DNA of 64,000 nt from Octopus vulgaris. Lineage: Eukaryota. This document shows positions 38,461 through 51,960 of this stretch, piece after piece (the first letter of the stretch is position 1; each line of letters opens with the position of its first letter). The notes under the pieces are model-generated. The model did not search any database. It saw nothing but the letters and a program-made list of their open reading frames with translations, and had not been told where the DNA came from. A program made the position numbers and the translations under genes. Where the stretch lies: assembly GCA_951406725.2 (NCBI GenBank), contig OX597825.1, forward strand, positions 40,734,001 through 40,798,000, read 5' to 3'.

Positions 38461-41400
38461 GTGTGGGTCTGTGTGTGTGTAGTATAAAACAGAAGTGTTG
38501 ATCTCAGTTATAAACTGTTTGTAAGTTTGTGGGATCATGTGTGAAGTGAAATTAAACATTAACTACAAAAGAGACAGCAGCATAACAATCACGGATATAC
38601 TCGTGTTATTGCTATCATTTAGTCATAGTTTAGAGTGAATGGTAGATGCATGATCACAAGAACGTCTACTTTGGCTGTCTATTCTGAGATTTTTTCCTAC
38701 AAATAGGAATGAATTAGCAATATGTATTTCCTAATTTTGAGACGTCACTTTCTAACATCGTGATTACTTGGCTTTTAAATATCATACGGCCTAACTGACC
38801 ATTTGTAGCTTTCCACGATGTTTAATTGTGTAGTCTATTAGAGCAGTTACATCGAATTTTGTGAAATATCATGAGAGAAATTGAAGTAATCATCACGGAA
38901 TTCTAAGGCCAGCATACGCGCAGAAAACAAAAAACAATTACTTGTCCGCAATACCACAAAAAAACATAATAGCATATCCCTGGTACTGATTTTATTGATA
39001 TTTGGTTGACGGATCAAATGCGGATCAGGACGAAAACATAAGAAGCTAGCTATACATTTATATTAACGAGGCTCACGATCTTAATAAAAGTGTTGTTTTG
39101 TTCATCTCTTTGACATAGCCGTTCTTATTATTACTTTTGTTTTTGATATAATTGCTTTTTATATTTTGGGCTTAAATCACTCCTTTGATCAATTTGGAAT
39201 CGATAACATGTAGTGCCAGTCAATTACTATAGTTGCTTGCATCGACTTCAAAACTGCTGGCCTTGTGCCTAAATCAAAAATCACAATCATCATTATTATT
39301 ACTATTAATATTAATATCATCATTTGCGTTGTTGTTGTTGTTGTTGTTGCTGCTGTTGTTGTTATTGCTGTTGCTGCTGCTGCTGTTATTTATCGCCAAA
39401 GATAAATGCGTTTTGGAAACTGTAAATTTGTTCCTTGTTTCCCTTGATAGAAGTCGGAATTTGTTCATTTTATTGATCAACATTATTTATTAATCGTTCA
39501 GAACAAAATGAGATAGAACAATCGTTTTTGTCCCGCTCGACGGGAAACAAAGAAAAAGTTCAAAACGGAATCTTCAATGTTCACCAGTCTGACTGACTGA
39601 TGGACAAAAATGATAGTGAAGTTTGAAGGTAAAACTATAGATTAAATAGTAATCAAAAACAAAACTACAGATTAAATAGTAATCAAAAACAGTAGCAGCA
39701 GTATAAGTCTCAACATAAGCAGTATTAACTATAAAGCCAACAAAAACAATTAGATCAAAGACAGTAGAAATAAGGAAAATGTCATGTCAAGCAAAGAAAG
39801 TTGCAAATCACCAGTAGCAGCATCAAACTGGGCATTGCCACCACCACTATCAACAACGTCACCACCTCTACAAGAAGCAATAATAGTAGCGACATCTGCA
39901 GCAGCAGTTAACGCCTCGCCTTCTTTCAAATAATATGCATTACTTTTGCCAAAATCACAAATGTATTCGATTTCATTCTACTATGCAATAAGTACGAATA
40001 CTTTAAAAAGGTAGAGATACGCATCAACTGTAAAATGTTATGCTTCATATACACCAGTACCTTTTAGACCAAACAGAAAGGTTAATAAGAAACCAAATAA
40101 TACAAGCTTATCGATGAAAAGAAGCAAATGAAAGCGTATACATTCAGACCAAGCTGCACTCTGTTTAAGGAAGACATCATTTTTGTGGGGACATGCTCTG
40201 ATAAATATTAGTTATTTTCCACTCAGAAGCTCTAATCCATTATTCACTTTGAAAGAATGATAAGCAATAATTGTCTATAACTCTTTCATGAAAGAAATCA
40301 TTATTTATCTTTTATATCATATATCTAACTGTCATGGCATATTCATGAAACAAAAGCTTTTTACGTAACCTTCTCGCCTGACTGCGACGAGAACGTAATA
40401 CATGACGCTTCACCAATCAATTCGTACGTTAACGGATAGCATTCTGAACCTCATTCCTACCAACTATTTTTTATAACAATGGCAACTTGTTTAGATTATT
40501 AAGAATTAATAGATATATTTTGTAAGAAAATTAACTAATCCCCTATCAACTACAAAAGCAGAAAAATATAGTACTGCAGATACATTGTAACAGCTGGAAT
40601 TATTTTCACCAAAGAAAGTGAATTATAGCTAAACAAAAACTATATATCTAAAACAACACATCAGTTTTCTCTTTTAATTCATTTACATAATTAATCTACT
40701 TGGGCGCCTCATAATTGTATGAGTCATGAACTTTCCTTAAATCGTTGGTTAGTTATCAAATATAGACAAAAAGTATGTACATAACCAAAGAACACATGAA
40801 AAATAAAAATCTCCACAATTAAAACAGATGATAGGAAAGACATAAACATCTAAATTAATATTATTTTCCATTGATCTGCATGAGATCAATAATAGGAAAG
40901 ATGAGGCTGGAAAGCATTAATAAAGATTTTTGTTACCTGATTAATGACCGGGTGGCTGTGATAAAAATGTAACCCTCAATTTGGTTCCAAGTACATTATA
41001 ATATTGTTTTAGACTATATTTATGGGTCTAACAATATTTTACATTCAGCCTTTACATGAGCGATGTATTAGTTTCCAAATCTGTACATATATCAATATGT
41101 TCACCTTATATATGCGATTCATTGATGCACAGAGATAACATGGCTGTCAGTTGCTGAGATTTGTTGGAACGTACTTAGAAGTCACGCCATAATATTTCAA
41201 ACTGTTAAAATGACACGACTTCTGAAAGTATTCCACCCTTTTCTCTTCCAAGTACATACATTGAACTAAAAAATGAATATGTACACAAGTCTAATGCAGC
41301 TCGTATTCCTAAAATATATCAGACTGAAGCAAAAATAATAATTTAATTTCACATTATTTCGACAGTTCATCAAAATTTCAATACGAGCCTACAACATACA

Positions 41401-41774
41401 ACAAACGAGTTTTAAGATTCATCAGCTCATCACAGAGTAAAATAGTGGCTCTATATACTGAAAAATAAAACTATAGTGTTGACTCATATGCAGAAAGCAT
41501 ATGCTTGACATATATATGTAGGAAGGTACTGATTTATTGTCATTTAAACATCTCTGCAAATACAAGTGGTTTAACAGTTATCATTCATGTCACAAATTTG
41601 ATATTTTGAGAATATGATACAAAAGTTTATATCATCCTGAAATACAATAACTGCATTCAGTTCCCATTCCGTTGACGTGTTTGTATTCGGATTTATAGCG
41701 TGTAAATCGTGCTTCTGTGTTTATTGTGTATATCGGGATCGTTAATTTATCTCTTGTCCGCGAATGAATTTTTC

Positions 41775-42270
41775 AATCAGGTCTCGAAGGGACTCCAACT
41801 ACGCAAACCTGTTCGTCAACAATGTTAAGGTCCAAACATTTTCTCAGTTTACCGATACTACTCCTGAGCTATATGCTCGTTACATTGCCGACTGTATTTG
41901 CACGACAATACACTCACGCGGACATCTGGACTCATTCCCGTCTTTTGTCCAGTCCTTCAATCCTGTCCTGGAATTCTCTTGTTCCGCCTCCGACACGTCC
42001 ATCAACCTTCTCGACGTTTCTGAGTCCATCAACTATTCATCCTTACCCTCTCCATCCACTATAAACCCACAGACTCACACTCCTATTCCAACTATTTCTC
42101 CTCCCATTCTACTCTCACCAGACTGTCCATCCGTTACTCTCCGTTCCTCCGTCTCCTCCGGCACCTCACTGATAATCATGACTTTGAGACACAATTCGAA
42201 CTCATGGACTCACCACTTTACCCAACGGAGATACACCTTCCGTTATCCAAACCGCCATCACCCGTTCCTG
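41775..42270 (+). mobile_element. PLE reverse transcriptase fragment (C-rich lineage)
   Basis: SNYANLFV, PELYARYIADCI (YIDD motif decayed), FVQSFNPVLEFS, INLLDVS, then HYKPTDSHSY in a shifted frame. Confidence 0.82.
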
Positions 42271-43322
42271 ATCACACACACACACATACACACCCAGACT
42301 CGCACGCACTATGCACACGTCCACATACGCGCACATATAAATACACATACCATACATGCTGATATTGCTCCACGCAAGTTCTTGTTTACTCACACACAAA
42401 CATGCACAATCCCGTATGTACACATCCACATTCTCACATAATCTTCATACACACATTCTTGCCCACATACACATACGGTTCGCCCAATCAGAGATGTACA
42501 CTCGCACATAACCACACATACACGTACACGCTTGCGCACGCAATTTAGCCAGGTTATTGTTACATTCCTTTCCGCCCACCACTTCCTACCGCTCAAGTCA
42601 ACATGTTAAACCTTTAATACAGACAACGGTTTCTCTCTCTCTCTCTCCCGTTTTCTTTCTCTCTCCACTCTTTTCTTTCCTCATTACTTTCTTCATTCCA
42701 TTCCTTTCCAGCCTACCTCGTAGTAGGCTGGAAACGTCAAAGATTCTTCTATTTTACCTCAGCGTCAAAACTAATGCATCTTGGTTTTCTTTCTGTCACC
42801 TTTCTTTGTCTTCTGTATTTTTTTGTATTTTGATTTTTGTACGTTTTGACCGATATGTATACAGCATATATATATCATAAAGGACACACGAATGCGTCTA
42901 CCTGCTATAGATGAGAGTTAAAACCAATGTTCAAACCAAATAATAGCGTATTAATACTATTAATAACGGTAATAATAATAATACTTCTTTATTTAAACTT
43001 AAACTTTTTCATGCTCACGATAATTTTCTTTTAAACGGAGCGGGATGTTTAAAGCAAGGAACGCACACGCGCTAATGTGAATATTTTAGAAATAGATATC
43101 AAAATGTTATTTTCAACTGAAGATCATAGCGTGTTTGTCACACAAAGCATGAAATACTCATGTATTCAATGCAAATGTAAGCCTATTTCCCATGTGTTCA
43201 TTGCATTGCTCGTGTATATCTTTATCGTAAGTTTACGGTGGTTTTTGAAGCATTGTGTCTGATTTTATCAAGTGGTATTATATACCCTACTGAATCTCTC
43301 TCTCTCAATCTGTCAGTCTCTG

Positions 43323-43373
<51 letters not shown>

Positions 43374-43580
43374 CTATGAGCATATTTGAGCTGCCATCAG
43401 TAGTTCTATGATGAGATTTTGAATTTTTGTAGACTGTCACACAAATTTCCGTGACAGTCGAGTGTCTATTTGCCTACAAGTCGTTGCACTGGATTTGGTG
43501 TCGGGTGTCTGTACATGTTTATAACTGTTTTACTCACCATGTTTGTTTGAATTTAATATGTCCTTATTATTGGTTTATTG

Positions 43581-43627
<47 letters not shown>

Positions 43628-45482
43628 TTTCGTACATTTAGAGGAACAGTGTACGATATCATGTGTTTTCCTTCTTTATTGGCATGCTGTATCGTTTTCT
43701 GAAGCGACTTCTGAGTGATTTTTTTTTATGATTTCGAATTGTATTCTCAAAATGATAAGATTGAAGATTTTATGTATATTTTAGAACATATGAAAGAAAT
43801 TTTGAGTATGACTAAAACATATTTATATTCCCCTTCTTATAAGCGTTGAGTAACACACTAACACACAAGTGAATTGCTGTAAACATAAATTCCATTTATA
43901 TATAATGTTTTTAATGATTATAATGCAATCGGATTCAAATGAAGTTGGGGAAATTTTATGCAAAATTATGAAAATTCGTTTTCAGATTTCTTTTGTTTTA
44001 AAATATTGAAATGAAAATCAATGTATGTTATGAAATAAAACGCTTATGAGTCCATATGATTCAGTTATGCAACATTATGTCGTAGAACTGAGTCACAGTC
44101 GGTACTTTTTATTCACTATACTATTATTAACTCTAACATTATTCAACCTCTAGAGTTGACTGTTCATGGTTTGATAAACTACTAGAATTTCTTTGTAGAT
44201 GTCAAAATGAAATCAACTGTTTTGATTAATTAGATATATAATATAAAATGTCCGCTTCAATCCAGTCAAACATATTAGCTTATCGAGGAAGTACCCTGTA
44301 TAATTAATTGGCACAGAGTGAAACACATGTTTAGAGACTTCTGAATCTTCACTATCAAGTTTATAATGTTATTTGTCAATACATAAGAAGAATGAACATG
44401 CTTTCTTTTTTTTTTTCTAGAGAAAAATTACGATGCTGTTCGCAACCAGATTCAATGTTAATTTCATACACAAAGAATTAACATTACGAAATGTGAAAGA
44501 CAGAATATATACATGAACTATGTCGTTTATATGGAATATAAAGCTGTTATTATAAAAGTCAATACCAAATCAATTAAGAAAATGACGACAGCAAGAGCGA
44601 CAGCGGCGACGATGATGATGATGACGACGACGAGGATGACCACAACGACGACGACGACGACGACGACGATGATGATGATGATGATGATGAAATATGTGAA
44701 GGACGACGGATATGACTATGACGACGAAGACGACAAAATTGCTATACTTTAAATAAAAACCTTTGACAAGATATTTACTTTTAACGTTGCTGCTGAAGTA
44801 GTTGGTGGTTATGGAGATGTTACTGGTTTTAGCTTAAAAAAACAGAAACATTCATTCTGAAAGAATTTGTTGGAATTTTTCTTAGAAGAAATGGCTTCTA
44901 CATTTTGTAAGACTGTTGTTTATGTTACCACAGACATTCAATTTTGCTAATGCTTCCAGACATATACGGCACCAAAAGTTGACTACAACTTCAGAAATGT
45001 AATCAATAATAGCAGAGAATCAATCAACAAGCTGTAATGCAATTTATTAATAAACACTTTTGAGCAGCAATAACAGTATGAAACATTTTAACAATAAATT
45101 AAAAATATTATATGAAGATTCTTAAATCGAGAGTAATGTTATTCCGTATGTATAGGGGTGCATGTGTGCGTGTACAAAATGAGAAACAATAAAAAAGCTA
45201 GACTGAGAATGAGGCAGAGATAGACACTGTGGTATAAGGGTGTATATGTATAAATAGATAGTTAAGATATACATATACATATTCACACACACACACATAT
45301 ATACTGAGAGAGAGAGAGAAAGAGTGACGTAGTGATAGTTAAAGGGTAAAGAAACTGAGAATGAAAGAGATTTATGTATATTAACGTTATTGATAACCAA
45401 ACAAATATCTGAATTAATACTATTATTTCGCAATTTTTACCAGATGAAATTAAATTAATAAAAATCTAAAAAAGAATCCATA

Positions 45483-45530
<48 letters not shown>

Positions 45531-45606
45531 ATACATATACATATGTATGTATATATATATAATTATATATATATTTATATATATATGTATGTATATATAT
45601 ACATAT

Positions 45607-45637
<31 letters not shown>

Positions 45638-48059
45638 CATACATATATACATAAATGCAAATATATATGTATACATATACATATATATATTTATATATAT
45701 ATATTGTAAAAGTATATATAATCTCTAATGTCTGTATTGAGTGCATTTTCCATCATTAATGTGTACAAGAATTTCCATATATGCGTATGTGTTTGTGTCT
45801 GTGTTTGCATACAAGTGAGTATGTGTCTATGTACATATATACAAATATACTTATATATGTATCTGACTATTATATGATTTACTGCAAGTAACGTTATTCA
45901 TATTCAATTTGTGCTTTGGAGAAAATAGAAAACTAATTTGGTTTTGAATCTTGAAGCTTTTCAAGAGACACACAATCTGTCTGTTTTCTCTGCACAAGTT
46001 GGAAATAAAGCAGTGCCACTCTGTCTGGGATGATAACTAAATATCATTTGTAATGTTTATATTGAAGAGTTCAATACCTAAAGGTCCTAATATTTCTCTC
46101 CATGAAAAGTTCGATGCGACGAAAGGATAACAATTGTATTTCAAGTTGTTGAAATGAAACAAAAGATTGCATCTACAAATAAATAAAGAAAGAAAGAAAG
46201 AAGTAGATGAAATAAAAATATATTTATTGTTTTATTTTTGGTGAAAGCTGAATAATTTCTGTTTATTTTTCTCTTTCTTCTTTCTATTAATTCTTATGGT
46301 TCAGTGCATGCGTGGATCAATAGAACATTGTGTAAACTTACAGAGCGCTAAAAGCTTGGCACCAATCATAAGGCCTTCTGGGAGAAAGAAGATGGCTTCC
46401 TAAAATGTGAATCAGAAAATAATACATAAGAAGGATGCTAGAATTAATGAGGTAACAAGGGACATAATTATCAATGTAGAAATTTTGTATCTTAATAAAA
46501 TTTTCATCAAATGATGGTGTCAATACAAAAGCATTTTTAATTATTTTTTTACGTCGGTAGTTAAGAAAGAGACAAATTTATCAGTATGAATATATTACTT
46601 TAAACTATTTTAGTGTGGTGAGGAGATAGATAAAACTGTTGAAACGGAGTGGGATATCTAAGAAAATACAATTGCAACTAATAAAAGTGACAAATGAAAT
46701 ACAGGAAATCAACAGACATGCTGAAATAGTGAGAGAAATAAATTTACTGTAGGTACACAAACTAACTAGAGTGGCTCGATAAAACATAATATCTCGTAAT
46801 GATTGGCATTGTGTTTTTCTTTTTTTCATTTGCTTGCCTTTGATTGCAAAAGGGGATGCTAACCTCCACACGGAAGGTCTTTCATTTTATATCCTGAAGT
46901 ATTAAGATACGAAAATCAAATCTCATTTTCAAACAGGATTAGTATCCCAACAAGTACCCTATAATATTTTAGGACTTAACAGATATTTAGCGACATGTAT
47001 ATTTTAAAACTTTTTCTTGTGAATTTTTAATCAAAAGTATTCGAACACGACACCAACTCAGAGATCATCGGAAATATATTTTGCTTCGTGATTTTCTCCA
47101 TACCTCCTATCTTGTTTGCGTCACAAACAAGATAAGATAGCAGTTTCATCAACATAAATCCAGTATAATATAAATCAGAGATTAGTACTTTCTTGGAATC
47201 CAGATTCATAAATTTTCTCCAATGTGAGAGGCTGCTTTCAGCCTGGTAATTCAATTAGTAACTGATGAGTATTAATCTATTGTTCTTTTTAACTAAATAG
47301 GGTTCTAACTTCAAAAACATGTTTCTTAATCTGGTAACAAACATGCCTCTTTTATATACCACCATAACTATTGAATAATACAGAGATCCACATTAGTGGA
47401 AGCCCATCTATTGGCAACAATATCTTACCCTTCCTCTCACATATGTCTAAGCTAGTGTAGCATACAAGTAGAAAATATTTGCTAATTATACCCACGGGCC
47501 TCAAGCAGCCTATGTCTGTAAATCAATATGTTATACATTTTCATACCTATACTTTCTATAACAGTAATAAGAGTAAAACGAAAAGCAACCTGACATAATC
47601 GAAGAAGGATTATAAAAATTTCCTCTATCATCAAAACGCTAGAAACTTTCAAGATTGCAACATACACTTGTGTGTGTTGCATGTCTACATGTGTTCTTGT
47701 CTCCTAATGCATAGCAGAGCATTATGGTACCATACTTAGAGAATCTTTAACAACGTCCAAGAATTCTCTCAAAAACCACTGCTCCAGTTTCTTGATTTCC
47801 AAAAACAATGTTCCAAAAGTCAAACCCACTTGATTTCCAGTTAATTTTAGAGCCAATTTTCGCCCTACACATTTATATCATGTGTCTTTCCATTATTACC
47901 TACTCCAGCATTTTAGTGAATTATGACATATTTTATCTCGAGAAGAGTGGTGATTTTCAGTGGTGAATTTGTCATTGCAAACTATCAGCACCAATTCCTG
48001 TATAGCGACATCATGAACAGCTGCGAAAAATAAATTATCTGAATTACATACCAATAATT

Positions 48060-48204
48060 ATATTATTTACATTTGACGGATATCTGTCCTCAACTTTTTT
48101 CTTGTTAACACAACATTTCGGCTGATATGCCCTCCAGCCTTCATCAGGTGTCTTGGGGAAATTTCGAGCCTGGGTTCTCATTCCTAAGGTATTTTCCTTT
48201 TCGA

Positions 48205-48236
<32 letters not shown>

Positions 48237-49160
48237 TCAGTGTCTGGAATTGAACTCGGAATCTTCACTACACCATATGCCAGTGGGAAATTATGGAGAG
48301 AATTTTAGGGCTTATAAATCTAATATTTTCCTATATTTCCTTAATACCGGTTCCGATATGCTACTTGTATCTGCAATCGGTCTGCCTATGAGGTGGTTGT
48401 GTTCTAGCATATGTGCTGCTTCTTTTAGTTTTCGTATTTTCCAGTGGTGTTCTCTGTCTATTATTTTAACTTCATCCCACAGGGGAAGGTGGTCTCTATT
48501 TTTCCATACATGATCAACTATACTCGATTTATCAATATCTCCTCATGTCACAGCTTTGCGATGTTCATGTACCCTTATTTTGAGGGGGCGGCATGTTTCG
48601 CCTTTGTATAACCTACCACAGCTGCATGGGATGGAGTACACGCAGTCTTTGGTCATATTCTCTTGTATTGGTGGTTTTACTCGAAGGAGATATTTGCAAA
48701 GTGTTGGAGTAATCTTGAATACTGTCCTGATATAATATGGGCCGCATATCTTTTGTATCTCTTCGGACAGGCGTTTCACATAGGGCAGACAGACTGTGGA
48801 CAGTTTATTGGTTTCATCCTCTCTTTCCTTCATAATTGGAGCGGATATTATTATTTTGGGGGTAGTTGTTGCTTAATAGATCATTATTGAGCTTGATCAT
48901 TTCTTCGTGGAGTGTATCACGATCGCTACCTATATTCTTTGCTCGATGTTTTAGGCACTGAGCAATCCCTCCCTTTACACTGAATGGATGATGGGAATTG
49001 AAGTTGAGGTATCGTCCAGTGAAGGTCGGCTTGCAGTGTACGGATGTCCTGAATCCATACTTGGTGCTTGTTATTAATACGTCCGGGATTGCTATCTGAT
49101 TGTCTTTTACCTTTTCCATTGTGAACTGTATGGTTGGATTTATTGAGTTCACATGATCTA
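48060..49160 (-). mobile_element. 5'-truncated Penelope-like element 3: RT end, GIY-YIG, then terminal unit (tRNA-like head, (TAA)n, HHR)
   Basis: LDHVNSINPTIQFTME..DVLI..TSVHCKPTFTGRYLNFNSHHP, CLPYVKRLSE, CVYSIPCSCGRLYKGETCRPLKIRVHEH, RKLKEAAHM; stop at about 48312. Confidence 0.93.
48107..48152 (-). ncRNA. Minimal type I hammerhead ribozyme in PLE 3 terminal unit
   Basis: GACAC-CTGATGA-A-GGCTG gagggcatat CAGCC-GAAA-TG-TT-GTGTT: stem I GACAC/GTGTT, 5-bp stem II, loop-less stem III. Confidence 0.8.
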
Positions 49161-49198
49161 ACAACAACAACAACAACAACAACAACAGCAATAACAAC

Positions 49199-49271
<73 letters not shown>

Positions 49272-49675
49272 TTGTCAGAGATCATGAAGAAAAAAAAATG
49301 CTTTCTAATTGATGTATCAATACCGGCAGATGACAACGTGTCTCTAAAAGAAATGGAGAAACTCTCAAAATACAAAGACCTGGAAATAGAGGTAACTAGA
49401 ATGTGGAACCTGAAAACAGAAACAATTCCTATCATAGTAGGTGCATTAGGCATGATAAAAAAATATTCAGACAAATACATAACAAAAACACCAGGACTTA
49501 CAAACACATATAACATACAGAAAATTGCACTACTAGGCACTGCACACATCCTACGCAGAACACTTTCCATACAATAACCCTCAGAGCATCACAACAAATC
49601 ACAGCACATACCCAAGGCACACAGAGCTGCGCTCGGTAGTGAAGTGAAAGCACGCTATAAAAATAGAACTACTGA
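49272..49675 (+). mobile_element. 5'-truncated R4/Dong-like copy 4 in (AAC)n/(TAA)n
   Basis: Near-identical to 529-937 and 3548-3955; (TAA)n on both sides. Confidence 0.93.
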
Positions 49676-51632
49676 ATAATAATAATAATAGTAACAACAA
49701 CAACAACAGCAAAATAAATTCTCCTGACATCAGTAACGCATTCCACTCCGTATGGCGCACGAATACTGGCAAAATTGTGTGTTTTTGGTGTCCATGTATT
49801 TTTTATCAACTATATTTAAACCTTTATGTCAAACGTTTCCATCGTAAGGCACCTCGACCGGTTTCACGGTATATGTATCCCCTCTATTCAATAGATCAAG
49901 AGGCAGATTATGTTTTGAGGGGGAGTTTGATTCCTTTTTCAGGCCGAAACTGTGTAGAGGCCTTCACATTTACTCCTTTTTCGTGTTTTTATCATTTTTT
50001 AGTTCCATTTCAACTTTGATGAGGAAAATCTATGATCAAAAGGCATTTGGTTTTGACTATTCATCCATTATAATAAGATTTTAAATCTTGTATCAAAACA
50101 CGCAATGTGTAGTTTTATTTTAAATAGTAGTTTGTGAACTGAAGAAGAATTAACTTCTGTTTGTATCAAGTCGAATGACTAGATAGAAGCTCCTTCATTT
50201 CATGATAGAACGGTTTCGAAGGTGTTAATAATAATGAGAAGGGGGAATGTGGTACTTGCTTGTAATTTGCTGTTTAGATAAGCTCCTACACTTGCAAATA
50301 GCAGAATATGCACAGAAAGATAAAGGGTTTGTTTAGCATGAGAACATCTCGTTACACCGATGTAGGCAGACCAATTTATATTAATGTCATTTAGCATCTC
50401 TGTAAACTAACGAAATGTGTGGTCTTTATGGAAATTTCATGCAATAAAGCACTATCTAAGCTTTAAAAGTAATTCTCATTTTGTTATCCATCTCTCCATT
50501 TTCATTTTATGGATCAATGTGTTTCTTTAGGAACACATTTTCTAATTCCCTTGTTCATATGTTATTTCACTGATCGATTTGAACAACAAAAACGTGTCAT
50601 AAAATTAAATCCATTACTTCGATTTACACGTAAAAGAAATTATTTAGCAGGAGGACGAATACAATAGGGAAAGTTAAACAAAGGAATCCTGACAATCAAA
50701 ATAGAATGTGTGTTAATAAATTCGTGCCCAGGAAGTCTATAGGCAACATTGGGCAGGGTACGATGATACAGTTTCTCTTTCTCCAGCCTAGATTAATGGC
50801 AAAGTTTAAGACCATCTGTGTAAGCTAATAAAATATGTATCAATGTTATTATAGTTAGTTGACAAATATAACAGTTTGGATTCTAAGGGATCTATAGTTA
50901 TGATTGACAGAATCGGCCTCGTCATATACTGTCTTATGCTGATCTACCCGAGGAGTATGTTAAGGTAAATGTACATGTTTGTGAAATCATTAGCTACTAG
51001 CACCTTATTTCAAGCTGTATACAACTCACCTGAACAAACAGGGGAAATACTCGTTGAACTTGATAGGATCTCCATTTCATTAGATTAGCTACCAGTAGAG
51101 CATCTTAATAAATACCTAGAATATTTCGTTCTCATTCTTCAGCTTCTGGCTTCAAATTCCGTCATGATTAACGATCTCATTCATTTTTCTACGGATTATG
51201 TAAGCAACACTAGTAATATGTAATTGTTAATATAATTGTCATAGCTTGTCCCTAGAAAGCAGTTACATCAAAAGAAATGCATGTTAATATAGTGAATGGC
51301 TGTTATTTTTCATTTAGCTTCTGGTCAGTTTTCCTGGAACAGACCTAAAGTCAAAGATATTCCAGCTCTTATCAACCAATCTTTTTTGTATATCTATGTA
51401 TATCAATGTAACAATTATTTTGGGTACGATTAAGTAGGCATTGGGAAGGTGAGACTGCTGCTTCTACCAAGTTGTGCTATGACATAGAATCATTTTTGAG
51501 AACTAGAAGACATTACACTCACATACTGACTAGACTAATTGACACAGTTCTATATTCAAGAGATGAGGAATTATTTACATTATTTACATTATTTACAATT
51601 GACGGATATTTGTCCTCATCTTGTTTGTTGTT

Positions 51633-51677
51633 AACACAATGTTTCTGCTATATAACCTCCAGCCTTCATCAGGTGTC
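51633..51677 (-). ncRNA. Minimal type I hammerhead motif, partly decayed
   Basis: GACAC-CTGATGA-AGGCTGGAGGTTATATAGCA-GAAA-CA-TT-GTGTT. Confidence 0.65.
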
Positions 51678-51722
51678 TTGGGAAAGTTTCAAACCTAGGT
51701 TCTCCTTTTTCGATGTTGCTGT

Positions 51723-51755
<33 letters not shown>

Positions 51756-51778
51756 TCTTGTTGTTGCTCTTGTTGTTG

Positions 51779-51960
<182 letters not shown>

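Larger units (their letters stand above)
47700..50400 (+). mobile_element. Old LINE RT relic interrupted by the PLE/Dong composite
   Basis: VPKVKPT*FPVNFRAN at about 47810 (cf. PK..P.NYRPI) and PDISNAFHSVWR at about 49725 (cf. LDISKAFDRVWH); boundaries approximate. Confidence 0.45.

Noticed and set aside
38095-38559. Poly-Ile/Leu/Asn ORFs, and similar YI/CV/HT/YLSI-repeat ORFs at 0.9, 4.3, 7.8, 29, 45.5, 51.5, 58.5 and 60.7 kb
   Set aside because: Stop-free frames of simple repeats.
39631-39690. 30-bp tandem duplication (also 18-bp repeats at 56030-56100) as CRISPR-like arrays
   Set aside because: No spacers, eukaryotic context; simple slippage repeats.
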